A stretch of DNA of 56,306 nt from an uncultured Candidatus Saccharibacteria bacterium (GCA_964549935.1 CAZJVT010000005.1:1-56306); one strand, 5' to 3'; positions 1 through 10,313 are shown, numbered from the stretch's first letter. The notes: a model not told the origin generated them from the letters alone. Numbers and translations are program-made.

Positions 1-2
1 CC

Positions 3-1454
3 CCGCTCACGGTTGCTGCTAACCCGTCACTCTCTGCTCCGACCTACATCAATGGCGCTCAGCAAGTTAAAATCGCCTCCTTTGTGTTAACGGCAAATGC
101 CGCACAGGCCGCTTCTGTCCGCACCATAACGCTCGACAAGGACGTTAATGCTGGGTTAGATATCTCCAACTTGACCGTCATGGTCGGCGACAAACAGTTT
201 GGCTCGACGCGGCCCTCAATTGCAGCAACCGAAACAGGCATGAGCTTCTCAGGTGATGCACTCATCGTCCCGGCCGGTAACAGCGTCACAATCGACGTTT
301 ACGCAGACATCTTAAACAGCACTACAGCTGCGACCTACACCTCCGTCATCGACTTCACGGGATGGACTGCGAGCGGATCGATTTCCGGCAGTTCAATAAC
401 TTACAACGGTGCGACCTGTGCCGACACAGGCCAAGCTACCTGCGGACAGAACGTAGAAATTTCCAGCGGCCCGACTGTCACAATTTCAAAAGACAGCAAC
501 TCGCCTTCGACCAAGAAGCTCGTCATGGGTTCGAAAAACAACGACTTGTTCTGGATAAACTTCTTGAACGACAATGTTGACGATGTCTACATCACTGACC
601 TGACCATCACTGACACGATTACCGGTGGCGCGGCAGGCAAGGCTTCGTTCATGAACCTGGGCTTGTATGACAAGAGCGGCGAGTTGCTTATCGGACCACT
701 CTCAATGCAACTCGAGAGCGCAACAACCGGCACAATCGCCTTTAGTACGGCCGGTGATGGCTTACTGGTGCCAAAGAACAGCTCTGCTGTAATGGTTCTT
801 AAAGGTGATGTCCCTGATTTCACTTCGGGTGGTGCAGTCTCCGGCAGCAGCCACGTATTCAGCGTTTTCTCTATTGATGACGTCGGCGGCGGAACACTTG
901 CCAATAATGACGCCGATATGACTGTCGTCGGCGCGCCGGCAACCAGTAATGCTCAGAAAGTCTACCGAACGAAGCTCTCACTCTCCTCTAGCCTGCTGGG
1001 TGCCGCCTCAAACCGCGCCCGCACCGGCGTTGATGAAATCGGTAAACTTAACTTTATCGCAGACCCGACGTATCAGGTCCTCGTGAGCACGGTGACAATA
1101 AAATTCGTCGGTGGGGCTGTTACTTCGGGGACAACAGCCTTCACGGTTGATCTCATCGATAGCAACACTAATACCCTGCTTGGCAGCGCGAGCCAGCAGA
1201 CCTGCACTCCGACCGCGGGCGATACTTGCTCGGTAACCTTTGTTCCGAATTTTACCGTCAGCCAGGGAACAACCAAAGAAACAAAGGTTAGAGTAAACTC
1301 CGCCAGCTTTGCCAACGGCTCCTCGGTCTCCGATGCGCTTAGCGCTCTGATCTACACTTCGAGCGACGTGCTCTGGAGCGACGGAACCTCAACTGGCCTC
1401 ACTATTAGCAGCGCTATCGTCCCCTTCACCATCGCGAACGTGAGCTACGAATAA
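3..1454 (+). CDS. C-terminal part of a large secreted/cell-surface protein (5' end outside window)
   Basis: Frame is open from base 3 to the stop at 1452-1454, with no in-frame stop upstream of the GTG at 84. Thr/Ser/Gly/Asn-rich with beta-strand-like segments and no TM helix. Followed by a hairpin terminator. Confidence 0.55.
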   Translation, partial: PLTVAANPSLSAPTYINGAQQVKIASFVLTANAAQAASVRTITLDKDVNAGLDISNLTVMVGDKQFGSTRPSIAATETGMSFSGDALIVPAGNSVTIDVYADILNSTTAATYTSVIDFTGWTASGSISGSSITYNGATCADTGQATCGQNVEISSGPTVTISKDSNSPSTKKLVMGSKNNDLFWINFLNDNVDDVYITDLTITDTITGGAAGKASFMNLGLYDKSGELLIGPLSMQLESATTGTIAFSTAGDGLLVPKNSSAVMVLKGDVPDFTSGGAVSGSSHVFSVFSIDDVGGGTLANNDADMTVVGAPATSNAQKVYRTKLSLSSSLLGAASNRARTGVDEIGKLNFIADPTYQVLVSTVTIKFVGGAVTSGTTAFTVDLIDSNTNTLLGSASQQTCTPTAGDTCSVTFVPNFTVSQGTTKETKVRVNSASFANGSSVSDALSALIYTSSDVLWSDGTSTGLTISSAIVPFTIANVSYE

Positions 1455-1467
1455 GCAATGCACCCTG

Positions 1468-1497
1468 CAAAAAGCCCCTCACGGGGCTTTTTGCTTT
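1468..1497 (+). terminator. Rho-independent terminator
   Basis: aaaagcccc-tcac-ggggctttt stem-loop followed by a T-run, 14 nt after the stop. Confidence 0.7.
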
Positions 1498-1520
1498 TGA
1501 GGGTTAGATGACTCAATGCT

Positions 1521-2450
1521 ATGCTTAATAGCACTATGTCCTGGTTCCTTATCGCCCTCGCGGCTCCGCTTCTCTACAGTCTCTTAAACCACGCTGACAA
1601 ATACCTGCTGACCAAATACGCCCGCGAAACCGGCATTGGCGGTTTTATGATTTTTTCTTCATTTTTTGCTTTACTCGCCCTGCCGATTATCTACCTATGC
1701 GACCCGGCAGTCGTCGCAGTAGGCGGCAATGAAATCATCGGCCTGCTTTGCACCGGCCTCTTTATCGCCTTCGCCATTCTGCTCTACTTATACGCCCTTG
1801 AGCGCGAAGACGCCTCACATGTCGTCCCCTTTTGGTTCCTTGTTCCTATCCTCGGATATCTTTTTGGCGTGATTTTCCTCAATGAAACTTTGGCGACCGG
1901 GAAAATTCTTGGCTCGATCATAACCCTAGCTGGAGCGCTCGTGCTTTCTCTGGAATTTGAAGAAAAAGTACGCGTTAAAAAAATTACGTCCCTCTTGATG
2001 ATTGGCTCAAGCATCTTAATCGCTCTTAGCGACGTAATGTTTAAGGGACTTGTCGCTGAGCACTCATTCTGGTCTTCGATCTTCTGGAACCAACTCGGTT
2101 TCGCCATCTTCGGCATCATCTGCTACGTATTTGTCCGTCGTTATCGTAACGAATTCACGCGCATTTGCGCGATTCGCACGAAAGAGCTCATTGTGCTCAA
2201 CATAATAACCGAAGTCGGCACCGTAGTAGCAACAATTGTCGCCTACTACTCGATGACGCTTGCTCCGGTAGCTCTGATTTTACTTATTAGCTACACTTTC
2301 CAGCCGCTCTTCGTGTTCCTCGAAGGAGTCGCGCTAACGAAGTTCTACCCGCACATCAGCATTGAACGACTTTCTCGCAGGCATGTTATGCAGAAATTGG
2401 CGGCAGTCGGAGTCATGGGAATGGGGATATACTTAGTATTAATTTTTTAA
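1521..2450 (+). CDS. EamA/DMT-family membrane transporter
   Basis: 309 aa with about 10 hydrophobic helices in two similar halves, typical of drug/metabolite transporters. Confidence 0.6.
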   Translation: MLNSTMSWFLIALAAPLLYSLLNHADKYLLTKYARETGIGGFMIFSSFFALLALPIIYLCDPAVVAVGGNEIIGLLCTGLFIAFAILLYLYALEREDASHVVPFWFLVPILGYLFGVIFLNETLATGKILGSIITLAGALVLSLEFEEKVRVKKITSLLMIGSSILIALSDVMFKGLVAEHSFWSSIFWNQLGFAIFGIICYVFVRRYRNEFTRICAIRTKELIVLNIITEVGTVVATIVAYYSMTLAPVALILLISYTFQPLFVFLEGVALTKFYPHISIERLSRRHVMQKLAAVGVMGMGIYLVLIF

Positions 2451-2454
2451 ATCT

Positions 2455-2841
2455 ATGAATTTCGGCGAACATGTAACGATTGACGGATACAAAGGCTCAT
2501 TCAATTTGCTAGACAGCAAAGATATTGTTTTAAAAGCTCTGCAAGAGCTTCCGAGTCTGCTGGATATGCACGTTCTTGCCCCTGCCCAGGTCTTTTACGC
2601 CGCCGGCAATGATAGCAAGGACCCGGGAGGTTGGAGCGGCTACGTTATCATTATGGAAAGTCACATTAGTATCCATACGTTCCCGAAACGTGGCTTTTTG
2701 AGCGCAGATGTCTACACCTGCAAAAATGGCCTTGATGTTGCGAAAATAGAAGCGTTTTTCAAAGAACGCTTCGGCCTCCAAGAGATCGAGAAAAATCTGA
2801 TCCAGCGAGGGGCAAGGTATCCGGAAAGCGATCTCTACTAA
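2455..2841 (+). CDS. speH: S-adenosylmethionine decarboxylase proenzyme (small pyruvoyl type)
   Basis: 128 aa. Carries the self-cleavage motif MESHISIHTFP (ES|H) and the size of class 1B AdoMetDC. Confidence 0.8.
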   Translation: MNFGEHVTIDGYKGSFNLLDSKDIVLKALQELPSLLDMHVLAPAQVFYAAGNDSKDPGGWSGYVIIMESHISIHTFPKRGFLSADVYTCKNGLDVAKIEAFFKERFGLQEIEKNLIQRGARYPESDLY

Positions 2842-4142
2842 GATAAATACCCCCAAGAACGTAGCTGTTCACGGTCTTTTTCTCGGAAAGAGGTGCCGAT
2901 ATCATTGCGGTAAAATATTTTTGGAACTTTTATTTTTTGCGCTAAAGAGTACGCTTCTTTTTGCGCAGCTTCAACTGTTACGCCAACGCCGGTCACATAC
3001 ATCAGAAAGCCGTACTTACGAGCGACGTAATATTGGTCCTTCCCCTGATCCGGCCTACGAGCGACCTCCTCAAAATGTATTCGTGAGAGCTCCTCTTTCG
3101 AGAAATCGCTCAGCGAAAAATCTATGCCATATGAAGAATACTCCGGAAGTAAGTCGGCATATGGGAATGGCGGGAGCGCCATCAAAACTACGACTCCGTA
3201 CCCTTTCCTCCAAGAAAGTTCAAATTTTTCTCCTCTGGCAAGTGCATTCAAAAAAGTACCCCATTCTGAACTCTGCAAAGTTCGCTGCAAATGAACTATT
3301 GGCGAACCAAAGCGTGGAGTAGCCTCCAAAATATACGCGCCTGTTTCGTTCACGATACAATTTAAGGCCATATCGCCCTTAAATTGAGTCTCTTGAAGAT
3401 ACTGCTTAAGCTTGGCTAAAGTCTCGCTATAAAGCTTATTTGACTCATCATCACTGTACCAAGCTAGAGTGCCCATCTCGTTTGTAACCGGGCCTAGATT
3501 CCCGGGGAAGAGACGTGGGTGCTCAATATTAAATTCAATTGGCCCTACCCAATCTTCGCCATTAAAAAAACGAGCTACTCCGATCTCGATACCCCGAATA
3601 CGTCTATGCAGTGTAATTTTTTTTCCTTTTGTCCGCCAAGAGTTTCGATATTTCTCTAAAATCAGTACTATGTCGGAGCCATCAACTGCTTCCCCGATAT
3701 AATGGTCGTTCTTGGCAATGCTCCCATTCTGCTTCAAAACCCACGGCCCCTTTTGTCGCTTTATAAAGTCGATTGCGGCAGTGGAATTCTCAAAATCTCT
3801 TAGCAGGGCAGTCCTTAGACCGTATTTGCTAAAAACGCTCTGGCCATAGGCACGGTCAAGCTCAAGACGATCTGCCTCGGCGCTACCCCCTACTACTGCG
3901 AATCCTTTTTTTCTTAGAGAATCTTGAATATCGCCGTACCCATGATCATCGAAAATGATTAAGCCGTCTTTGCCGACCCAATTAAGTTCTTTTTTCCATG
4001 CTTGGACCTTCGGAATCATGCCGCTAAAACACTCTCTGCTATTCTTATCATCGATAAAAAGACGAACTTCGTTCCCCTCTTGCTGCAGACGCAAAGCCAT
4101 ATCTCCGGCTAACAAGTTTTTTGAGAAAAAAAGAACCCGCAT
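2838..4142 (-). CDS. ATP-grasp enzyme, PurD-like (phosphoribosylamine-glycine ligase family, divergent)
   Basis: 434 aa with an MRVLF...GNEV N-terminal Rossmann-like start and ATP-grasp-like central region. Call rests on remembered family resemblance only. Confidence 0.45.
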   Translation of the reverse strand: MRVLFFSKNLLAGDMALRLQQEGNEVRLFIDDKNSRECFSGMIPKVQAWKKELNWVGKDGLIIFDDHGYGDIQDSLRKKGFAVVGGSAEADRLELDRAYGQSVFSKYGLRTALLRDFENSTAAIDFIKRQKGPWVLKQNGSIAKNDHYIGEAVDGSDIVLILEKYRNSWRTKGKKITLHRRIRGIEIGVARFFNGEDWVGPIEFNIEHPRLFPGNLGPVTNEMGTLAWYSDDESNKLYSETLAKLKQYLQETQFKGDMALNCIVNETGAYILEATPRFGSPIVHLQRTLQSSEWGTFLNALARGEKFELSWRKGYGVVVLMALPPFPYADLLPEYSSYGIDFSLSDFSKEELSRIHFEEVARRPDQGKDQYYVARKYGFLMYVTGVGVTVEAAQKEAYSLAQKIKVPKIFYRNDIGTSFREKDREQLRSWGYLS

Positions 4143-4203
4143 ATTAATGAATTATATTAGTGTATACTAAAGAGTAAGAAAGGAAAATACCGCTTGCTTT
4201 TTT

Positions 4204-4332
4204 ATGAAAAAAAACCTGCTGACAATCTTGCTTGTTTCAATCGCAATTATCTCGGTAGGAATAACTTTTTACCAAACAATAATCGCAGGGGATTTCCTGG
4301 TAATTAAAAGCGATCTAGAGTCTTCCCCCTAG
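4204..4332 (+). CDS. Small membrane-anchored protein (42 aa)
   Basis: ATG at 4204, TAG at 4330. MKKNLLTILLVSIAIISVGITFY is a signal-anchor-like helix. Too short for the ORF track. Confidence 0.3.
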   Translation: MKKNLLTILLVSIAIISVGITFYQTIIAGDFLVIKSDLESSP

Positions 4333-4339
4333 TACCAAG

Positions 4340-5995
4340 ATGATAAACCTAGTCCCGTGCCTTGACGCGAGTCCGAATTTCTTAGGTATTATCGATACTA
4401 CGATAGCACCTCCCTTTTTGTATTATGCATATCTACCTATTATTTTTATCTCTTTATTCATAGGAATTTTTATTTTCCTGAAAGATAGAAAGGCCCTGCT
4501 GAGCCGCCTAGCGTTGTTGATATCAATCACTTTTTCGGCATGGATCATCAATATTATTGGCCAATGGATTAACGTCTATGCGAATAATGTACATTTTTTT
4601 TGGCAACTAACCGCGCTTTTTGAAACAGCTGTATTCTGCCTGACTCTTTATTTTGTTTCCGTCTACTTAAACAATGAAGATGTCCAGCAGAAAACTAAGG
4701 TGGTTTCCGCTCTTATTTTTCTACCGATTCTCATAGCTCTCCCGACTCGCTTCAACATTCAATATTTTGACCTTGCGCAATGCCAAGGAGTGGTCGGCTA
4801 TCTCTGGAATTATATTTATGTCTTAGAAGCCCTTTCGGTTGTGCTCGTTGCTTTTATGGCATTTCGCAAAATAAAAGGCCAAGGTCTCAACGGCAAAAAG
4901 AAAAGTGAGGTTTTACTCATAACGTCTGGCGCCGGTCTATTCTTGCTGATTTTTTTCTTATCGAATGTAATCGGAGAAGCCACGTTAAATTATCAGTTCA
5001 ATCTTGTCGGCCCCCTAGGAATGGTTCTCTTTATGGGGCTCATCAGCTATAGCATTGTCAAATATAAAACTTTTAACCTGAAGGTTTTTTCAGCGCAAGC
5101 CTTGATTATCGCCCTCATTTTTATTCTAGGAAGTATGTTTTTCATCCGAACCGCCGAGAATATCCACATCGTATTGATTCCAAGCTTTTTACTTACGATC
5201 ATAGCTGGAATTTTTTTAACAAAAGCTGTGAAACGCGAAGTCGCGCAGCGCGAGAGACTTGAGAAGCTAACCCACGAGCTTGAATCGGCTAACGGGCAGC
5301 TCGAGCAGCTTAATGAGCAAAAGAGCCAGTTCCTCTCCTTCGCCAGCCACGACTTGAAGTCCCCTATTAACATCATCAAGCAGTTTGCGTCACTCATTGC
5401 GGACGGAACCTACAAAGAGCCGGCGAAGATCCAGGAGACAATCCAAAAAATTAAAACTAACGCCGACCGAGCTACGAGCCTCGTTGATGACTTCCTAGAC
5501 ATCCGTAAGATCGAGGAGGGCCACATGGACTACTCGTTCGAAGTTAAGGACATTGTTGCTTTTACTCGTAATGCCGTCGAAGAATACGCGCCTGTCGCTA
5601 AAGCGCAAAAGGACCTCGTCCTCACCTTTGAGACGAAAGTTCCGGTTACTAACGTCAAAATTGACCAGACCCGCTTCCGCCAAGTTATCCAAAACCTTCT
5701 TAGCAATTCGATCAAGTACACTGAAAAAGGTTGGATTAAGGTTTTGCTTACTGAAGAACAGAAAACCGTGCTCATTAAAGTCGAAGACTCCGGCATTGGC
5801 ATGGAAAAGGAACTTCTTCCCACCCTCTTCGAGCAATTCCACCGTGCGCCGGGTGTCGCTAAGAAGATCCAGGGTACCGGACTCGGTCTCTACATCAGCA
5901 AACAGATTGTTATTGCTCACGGAGGCGATGTTTGGGTAGAATCAGAGGGTAAAGACAAAGGCTCGACGTTCTACGTAAGAATACCGAAGGCGTAA
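4340..5995 (+). CDS. Sensor histidine kinase with multi-pass N-terminal membrane domain
   Basis: About 7 TM helices, a coiled-coil linker, the H-box FASHDLKSP, and N/G boxes (NSIKYT, DSGIGM, GTGLGL). Confidence 0.85.
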   Translation: MINLVPCLDASPNFLGIIDTTIAPPFLYYAYLPIIFISLFIGIFIFLKDRKALLSRLALLISITFSAWIINIIGQWINVYANNVHFFWQLTALFETAVFCLTLYFVSVYLNNEDVQQKTKVVSALIFLPILIALPTRFNIQYFDLAQCQGVVGYLWNYIYVLEALSVVLVAFMAFRKIKGQGLNGKKKSEVLLITSGAGLFLLIFFLSNVIGEATLNYQFNLVGPLGMVLFMGLISYSIVKYKTFNLKVFSAQALIIALIFILGSMFFIRTAENIHIVLIPSFLLTIIAGIFLTKAVKREVAQRERLEKLTHELESANGQLEQLNEQKSQFLSFASHDLKSPINIIKQFASLIADGTYKEPAKIQETIQKIKTNADRATSLVDDFLDIRKIEEGHMDYSFEVKDIVAFTRNAVEEYAPVAKAQKDLVLTFETKVPVTNVKIDQTRFRQVIQNLLSNSIKYTEKGWIKVLLTEEQKTVLIKVEDSGIGMEKELLPTLFEQFHRAPGVAKKIQGTGLGLYISKQIVIAHGGDVWVESEGKDKGSTFYVRIPKA

Positions 5996-6031
5996 TAACT
6001 TCATCTGAACGTTTGGCCCAAAAGACTGCGG

Positions 6032-6037
6032 TATACT
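6032..6037 (+). promoter_or_regulatory. TATACT -10 box 9 nt upstream of the receiver-gene ATG (near-leaderless)
   Basis: cggTATACTtaaaacagtATG, with no purine-rich RBS. Confidence 0.4.
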
Positions 6038-6046
6038 TAAAACAGT

Positions 6047-6424
6047 ATGCCTCCAGCTCTTAAACGAATTTTATTGGCAGAAGACGACGCCTTCCTCTCG
6101 ACCCTTCTTAAAACTCGCCTGGAGCGAGAGGGCTTTACCGTAACCGTCGTCGGACGAGGCGACGAAGTGTTGCCTGCACTAAAAAAGACAAAGGGTGATC
6201 TTCTTCTGCTTGATATTATCCTACCCGGAAAAGTTGGCTATGAAGTACTCGATGATCTGGAAAAGGCCGATCTTAAAACGCCTTTCATTGTCATTTCGAA
6301 TCTAGCGCAAGAAGAAGATATGAAGCGCGCCAAGCAGTATGGTGCACTTGAATACTTCGTCAAAGCCCACATCTCTATCGACTCACTCATTAAGCGTATC
6401 CAAAGCTTTTTCGCAGGTAATTAG
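6047..6424 (+). CDS. Stand-alone response-regulator receiver (CheY-like)
   Basis: 125 aa with LLAEDD, an LLLLDIILPG phospho-acceptor Asp context and a conserved Lys region. No output domain. Confidence 0.85.
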   Translation: MPPALKRILLAEDDAFLSTLLKTRLEREGFTVTVVGRGDEVLPALKKTKGDLLLLDIILPGKVGYEVLDDLEKADLKTPFIVISNLAQEEDMKRAKQYGALEYFVKAHISIDSLIKRIQSFFAGN

Positions 6425-6535
6425 TTATCCACACAGAATAAGCCAAAAAAGGTTTTGATGCTGTATTATTGAAGTAAGAACTCGAGGCGGTCGCCTTGTA
6501 TGATTCTAGCTTTCCATTAAAATTATCAATCATCT

Positions 6536-7108
6536 ATGAAAAAAGGTTTCACGCTCATCGAACTCCTCATCGTCATCGGTATTCTCGCCGTGTTGGCAAC
6601 AGTCACTGTTTTGGTATTAAACCCGGCGGAACTGTTCCGTCAGGCTCGTGACAGCCAAAGAATGTCCGATCTTGGCACGCTTAAGAACGCCATCGGTCTT
6701 TATCTCACAACAGAGGCTGTGCCGGTTATTGGCGGCGGGACACAAGCGCTTACCTGTGGCTCAAAATTTGGCGCGGATAAAGCCGGTGTTACAACGCCCT
6801 TCACCGGTCTTACTCAGACAACATTGAGCGCAACCCCCTTCGCTACTGATGGCAGCGGCTACATTCCGGTTGCCTTCTCTACAATGACCGGTGGTTCGCC
6901 GATCTCAACCCTTCCGCGAGATCCGACGACGACTGGAACTGCTCAGTTCTATGCATATGCCTGCGGAACAATCGGTACTGCGAATGAATTAACTTTCGAA
7001 ATAGATACGAACATGGAAAGCACTAAATACGTAGCCGCGGAAGGAACGGATGGAGGCAATAATGCCGGTATGTATGAAATTGGTACGGTTTCGGGACTTT
7101 CGTTCTAA
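6536..7108 (+). CDS. Type IV pilin (prepilin-type N-terminal methylation signal)
   Basis: MKKG|FTLIELLIVIGILAVLA leader plus hydrophobic helix. 190 aa. Confidence 0.85.
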   Translation: MKKGFTLIELLIVIGILAVLATVTVLVLNPAELFRQARDSQRMSDLGTLKNAIGLYLTTEAVPVIGGGTQALTCGSKFGADKAGVTTPFTGLTQTTLSATPFATDGSGYIPVAFSTMTGGSPISTLPRDPTTTGTAQFYAYACGTIGTANELTFEIDTNMESTKYVAAEGTDGGNNAGMYEIGTVSGLSF

Positions 7109-7130
7109 AATCTGTCGTCTTTTACTCATC

Positions 7131-7155
7131 AAAAACCCCGCGTTGCGGGGTTTTT
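7131..7155 (+). terminator. Rho-independent terminator
   Basis: aaaaaccccgc-gtt-gcggggttttt. Confidence 0.7.
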
Positions 7156-7299
7156 GATTGCACTTATCCACAATAAAAAAGAAAAAATACAGGAAAGGTA
7201 GTATGATTAATCACATAGCAAATCTCTGAACGCTGCCGCCAGTTGCTGGTAGCACATTTCGGGGATTGTATTATTTACTAAATATTAACGGTTATTATT

Positions 7300-7887
7300 A
7301 TGAAAAAAGGTTTTACGCTCATTGAGCTCCTTATCGTCATCGGCATCCTGGCTGTATTAGCAACGGTTACTGTGTTGGTATTAAACCCCGCAGAGCTGTT
7401 CCGTCAGGCTCGTGACAGTCAGAGAATCTCGGACTTGGGTTCGCTCAAGGGAGCTATTTCTCTCTATCTTACAACTGTCCCTAGTCCAAATCTCGGCGCG
7501 CTTGGCTTTACCTGCGGAACAAACTTCGGCTCCGACAAAGCTAGCATGACGAATCCTTTCGCGGCAAGCTTGACTCAAACGGCCTCAACGACAACGGGAG
7601 TTGATGCGTCAGGATGGTTGCCTGTTAACTTGAGTACCATCAATGGCGGCTCGCCGCTCTCCGTCTTGCCTCGCGACCCGAACCGAACCGATAACAACTT
7701 CTATTACGCCTACGCCTGCGGAACCGTCGGCTCATCCAACGAACTGACCTTTGAGATTAACGGCCACATGGAGAGTGCCCGCTACCGCCACAGCCCGACG
7801 CCGGGGCCGGATGACGTAGAGAATACAGATGGTGGTAACCAGGCTGACCGCTATGAAACTGGTACTTACGCCGGCCTAGCTCTGTAA
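7300..7887 (+). CDS. Type IV pilin, tandem paralog
   Basis: First 41 residues are identical to the 6536 pilin (MKKGFTLIELLIVIGILAVLATVTVLVLNPAELFRQARDSQ). The C-terminal globular part has diverged. Confidence 0.85.
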   Translation: MKKGFTLIELLIVIGILAVLATVTVLVLNPAELFRQARDSQRISDLGSLKGAISLYLTTVPSPNLGALGFTCGTNFGSDKASMTNPFAASLTQTASTTTGVDASGWLPVNLSTINGGSPLSVLPRDPNRTDNNFYYAYACGTVGSSNELTFEINGHMESARYRHSPTPGPDDVENTDGGNQADRYETGTYAGLAL

Positions 7888-7900
7888 CGCGTCACAAGCA

Positions 7901-8488
7901 ATGAACGCACTAGACATCGTAACTATACTCATACTTTGTCTGCTGGAAGGGGCGCACTACCTGTGCCGCCCCTTTTTAGTGCAGCACAAAACGTTACTTT
8001 TAATACTTATCTTTTCTTTTGTAGCTGCGAGCCTGGGACTTCATATATATACTGACTACCATACAATCGCTTTAAGTCCTCCGCCTCTCAACTATCTTTT
8101 GCCGCCGCATGCCCCGCTAAGCGCCTATGCACTGACGGTTTGGAACAGGCTTATCGCACCCTACACTCTTTCTCTCCTTCTTTCGCTAATAACCTATCTC
8201 CTGGCTACTAAAATGCGGTTCTTCAAAGACCGCCTGCACGAGAATGAGGCACTCTATATCGTGATAACGATTTTCCTCATGCGCCATCCTTATTGGATTG
8301 CCTATTGCGCAAGCCTCTTACTCCTAGCCATTATTGCCGCGGTGATTGGAACTATAAGATCTGGCAAAGACTACCGCTTCTCCCTCTATGTACTTTGGTT
8401 GCCGAGCGGCATCATAGCCGTGCTGGGCTTCCCCCTTTTAAGGCTTCTTCCGCTTTTCCAACTTATTGGTTTTTCAAACCTTTACTAG
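7901..8488 (+). CDS. Polytopic membrane protein of unknown function in the pilus locus
   Basis: 195 aa with 5-6 hydrophobic helices. It sits where a prepilin peptidase would be expected, but I could not find a GxGDxK-type motif. Confidence 0.4.
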   Translation: MNALDIVTILILCLLEGAHYLCRPFLVQHKTLLLILIFSFVAASLGLHIYTDYHTIALSPPPLNYLLPPHAPLSAYALTVWNRLIAPYTLSLLLSLITYLLATKMRFFKDRLHENEALYIVITIFLMRHPYWIAYCASLLLLAIIAAVIGTIRSGKDYRFSLYVLWLPSGIIAVLGFPLLRLLPLFQLIGFSNLY

Positions 8489-8575
8489 CGATGAGATAAG
8501 CAATTGGGTTCCTAAGAGTGTATACTTAGGATAGCCAAAAATTCTTCTTAACTCCCATCGTCTTATCCCATATTT

Positions 8576-10285
8576 ATGGTTGAAATCCCCTCAGAACGAC
8601 TGAAGAAAATCCTCGTTGACGACGCGATCGTCACCGAGGATCGTTTTGACGAGCTCGCTGCCGAAGCACGCCGTATCGGCCAGGGACCGGCTAGCATCCT
8701 CATCAGCAAGAACATCATGACTGATGAGTACTATATGAACTTGCTTTCTCGTTTTTTCAGCGTACCAATCGCAACGCTTGAAGCGGGAACAACCGACGAG
8801 GAGGCGCTTCGTCTACTAACCGAGGACTATGCCCGTGAGAAACGCGTTGCTATCTTCAAGAAAGAGGTTGATGGGACACTGGACGTCGCCATGGAAGACC
8901 CGAGCGACCTCACGACAATTGAATACCTGGAAACAAAGTTCCAGACGAAGGTAAAGCCTTACCTTGTTTCGATGGCTAACCTCGCTCGCATCTTCGCTTT
9001 CTACGGTAAAGAGCAGGTGGAGGGCTTTCGTAAAATCATCCAAGAAAACATCCAAGCCTCTCTACAGCTCTCCGGCAAAAAAGACTCGGAAGCCGCTGTT
9101 CAGGTTCCAATCATCGCGATCACCGACAACATCATCTCCTACGCAATCTCGCTACGCGCCTCCGATATTCACATCGAAGCGCTGGAGACTGAAATTCTCG
9201 TCCGATACCGCATCGACGGTATTTTACATGAAATCATCCGCATCCAGAAAGAAATCCATCCTGCTATCGTTGCTCGCTTCAAGATTCTCTCCGGTATGAA
9301 GCTCGACGAGCACACGAATCCGCAAGACGGCCGTTTTCACTATAAAATCAGCGGCGAAAGCGTCGATATCCGTGTTTCAATCTTGCCGACAATGTACGGT
9401 GAAAAGGTTGAATTACGTTTGCTTGTCGGTGCCGGCCAGATTCTTTCCTTCGAAGAGCTTGGCATGTCCCCTGAAATTATCAAAGAACTCACGGCGAATG
9501 TCACCAAAAGTTACGGCATGGTGCTCGTGACCGGTCCGACCGGCTCTGGTAAAAGCACAACGCTCTACTCAATCCTTCACCTCATCAACCGCCCGGAAGT
9601 CAATATCATCACGGTTGAAGACCCTATCGAATACGATATGAAATACGTCAACCAAACGCAGATCAACGAACAGGCTGGTACCAGCTTCGCCAGTGCTCTC
9701 CGAGCAATTTTGCGTCAGGACCCGAATGTCATCATGGTCGGTGAAATCCGTGACGTTGAAACCGCAGAAATCTCCGTCCACGCCGCTTTGACGGGCCACT
9801 TACTACTCTCCAGCTTGCACACCAATGACGCGCCAACCGCAATCCCCCGCATGATCGATATGCACGTAGCACCGTTCCTTCTCTCGGCGGTGCTTAACGC
9901 TATTCTCGCGCAACGTCTTGTGCGTAAGATTTGCTATGACTGCCTCTACTCCTATCCGACACCCCTTGAAATCAAGAAGATTATCGAGGAACAGTTCAAA
10001 GACCTTGGCATCGGCGATCAAACACAGGTGCCCAAAACGCTCTTTAAGGGAAAGGGGTGCTTAAGCTGCGGTCAAACCGGTTACCGTGGACGCTTCGGCA
10101 TTTATGAACTGCTTACAATGACCGAGTCTCTGCGCACCGCAATCGTTGACCCTTCCTTCAGTCTTGAGAAGTTACGCCAATTAGCCAGAACAAACGGGAT
10201 GAAAACGATGTTCGAAGATGGACTGGCGAAGGCTGGTCAAGGCAAGACATCCATCGAAGAAGTTTTGCGCGTTATCCGGGAATAA
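8576..10285 (+). CDS. pilB: Type IV pilus assembly ATPase PilB/GspE family
   Basis: Walker A GPTGSGKST, Asp/His boxes, and a C-terminal CxxC...CxxC (CYDC, CLSC) zinc motif. Confidence 0.9.
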   Translation: MVEIPSERLKKILVDDAIVTEDRFDELAAEARRIGQGPASILISKNIMTDEYYMNLLSRFFSVPIATLEAGTTDEEALRLLTEDYAREKRVAIFKKEVDGTLDVAMEDPSDLTTIEYLETKFQTKVKPYLVSMANLARIFAFYGKEQVEGFRKIIQENIQASLQLSGKKDSEAAVQVPIIAITDNIISYAISLRASDIHIEALETEILVRYRIDGILHEIIRIQKEIHPAIVARFKILSGMKLDEHTNPQDGRFHYKISGESVDIRVSILPTMYGEKVELRLLVGAGQILSFEELGMSPEIIKELTANVTKSYGMVLVTGPTGSGKSTTLYSILHLINRPEVNIITVEDPIEYDMKYVNQTQINEQAGTSFASALRAILRQDPNVIMVGEIRDVETAEISVHAALTGHLLLSSLHTNDAPTAIPRMIDMHVAPFLLSAVLNAILAQRLVRKICYDCLYSYPTPLEIKKIIEEQFKDLGIGDQTQVPKTLFKGKGCLSCGQTGYRGRFGIYELLTMTESLRTAIVDPSFSLEKLRQLARTNGMKTMFEDGLAKAGQGKTSIEEVLRVIRE

Positions 10286-10313
10286 AAATTCGACTCGGGA
10301 GAACTTTGACAGC

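Noticed and set aside
6425-7172. Two perfect DnaA boxes (TTATCCACA) as a replication origin
   Set aside because: There are only two boxes about 740 bp apart with a pilin gene between them, no box cluster and no AT-rich unwinding element. A promoter-associated role is more plausible.
7901-8488. Calling this membrane protein the prepilin peptidase PilD
   Set aside because: Position and topology fit, but I could not find the paired catalytic Asp or GxGDxK motifs, and it is shorter than typical A24 peptidases. It is left as unknown.
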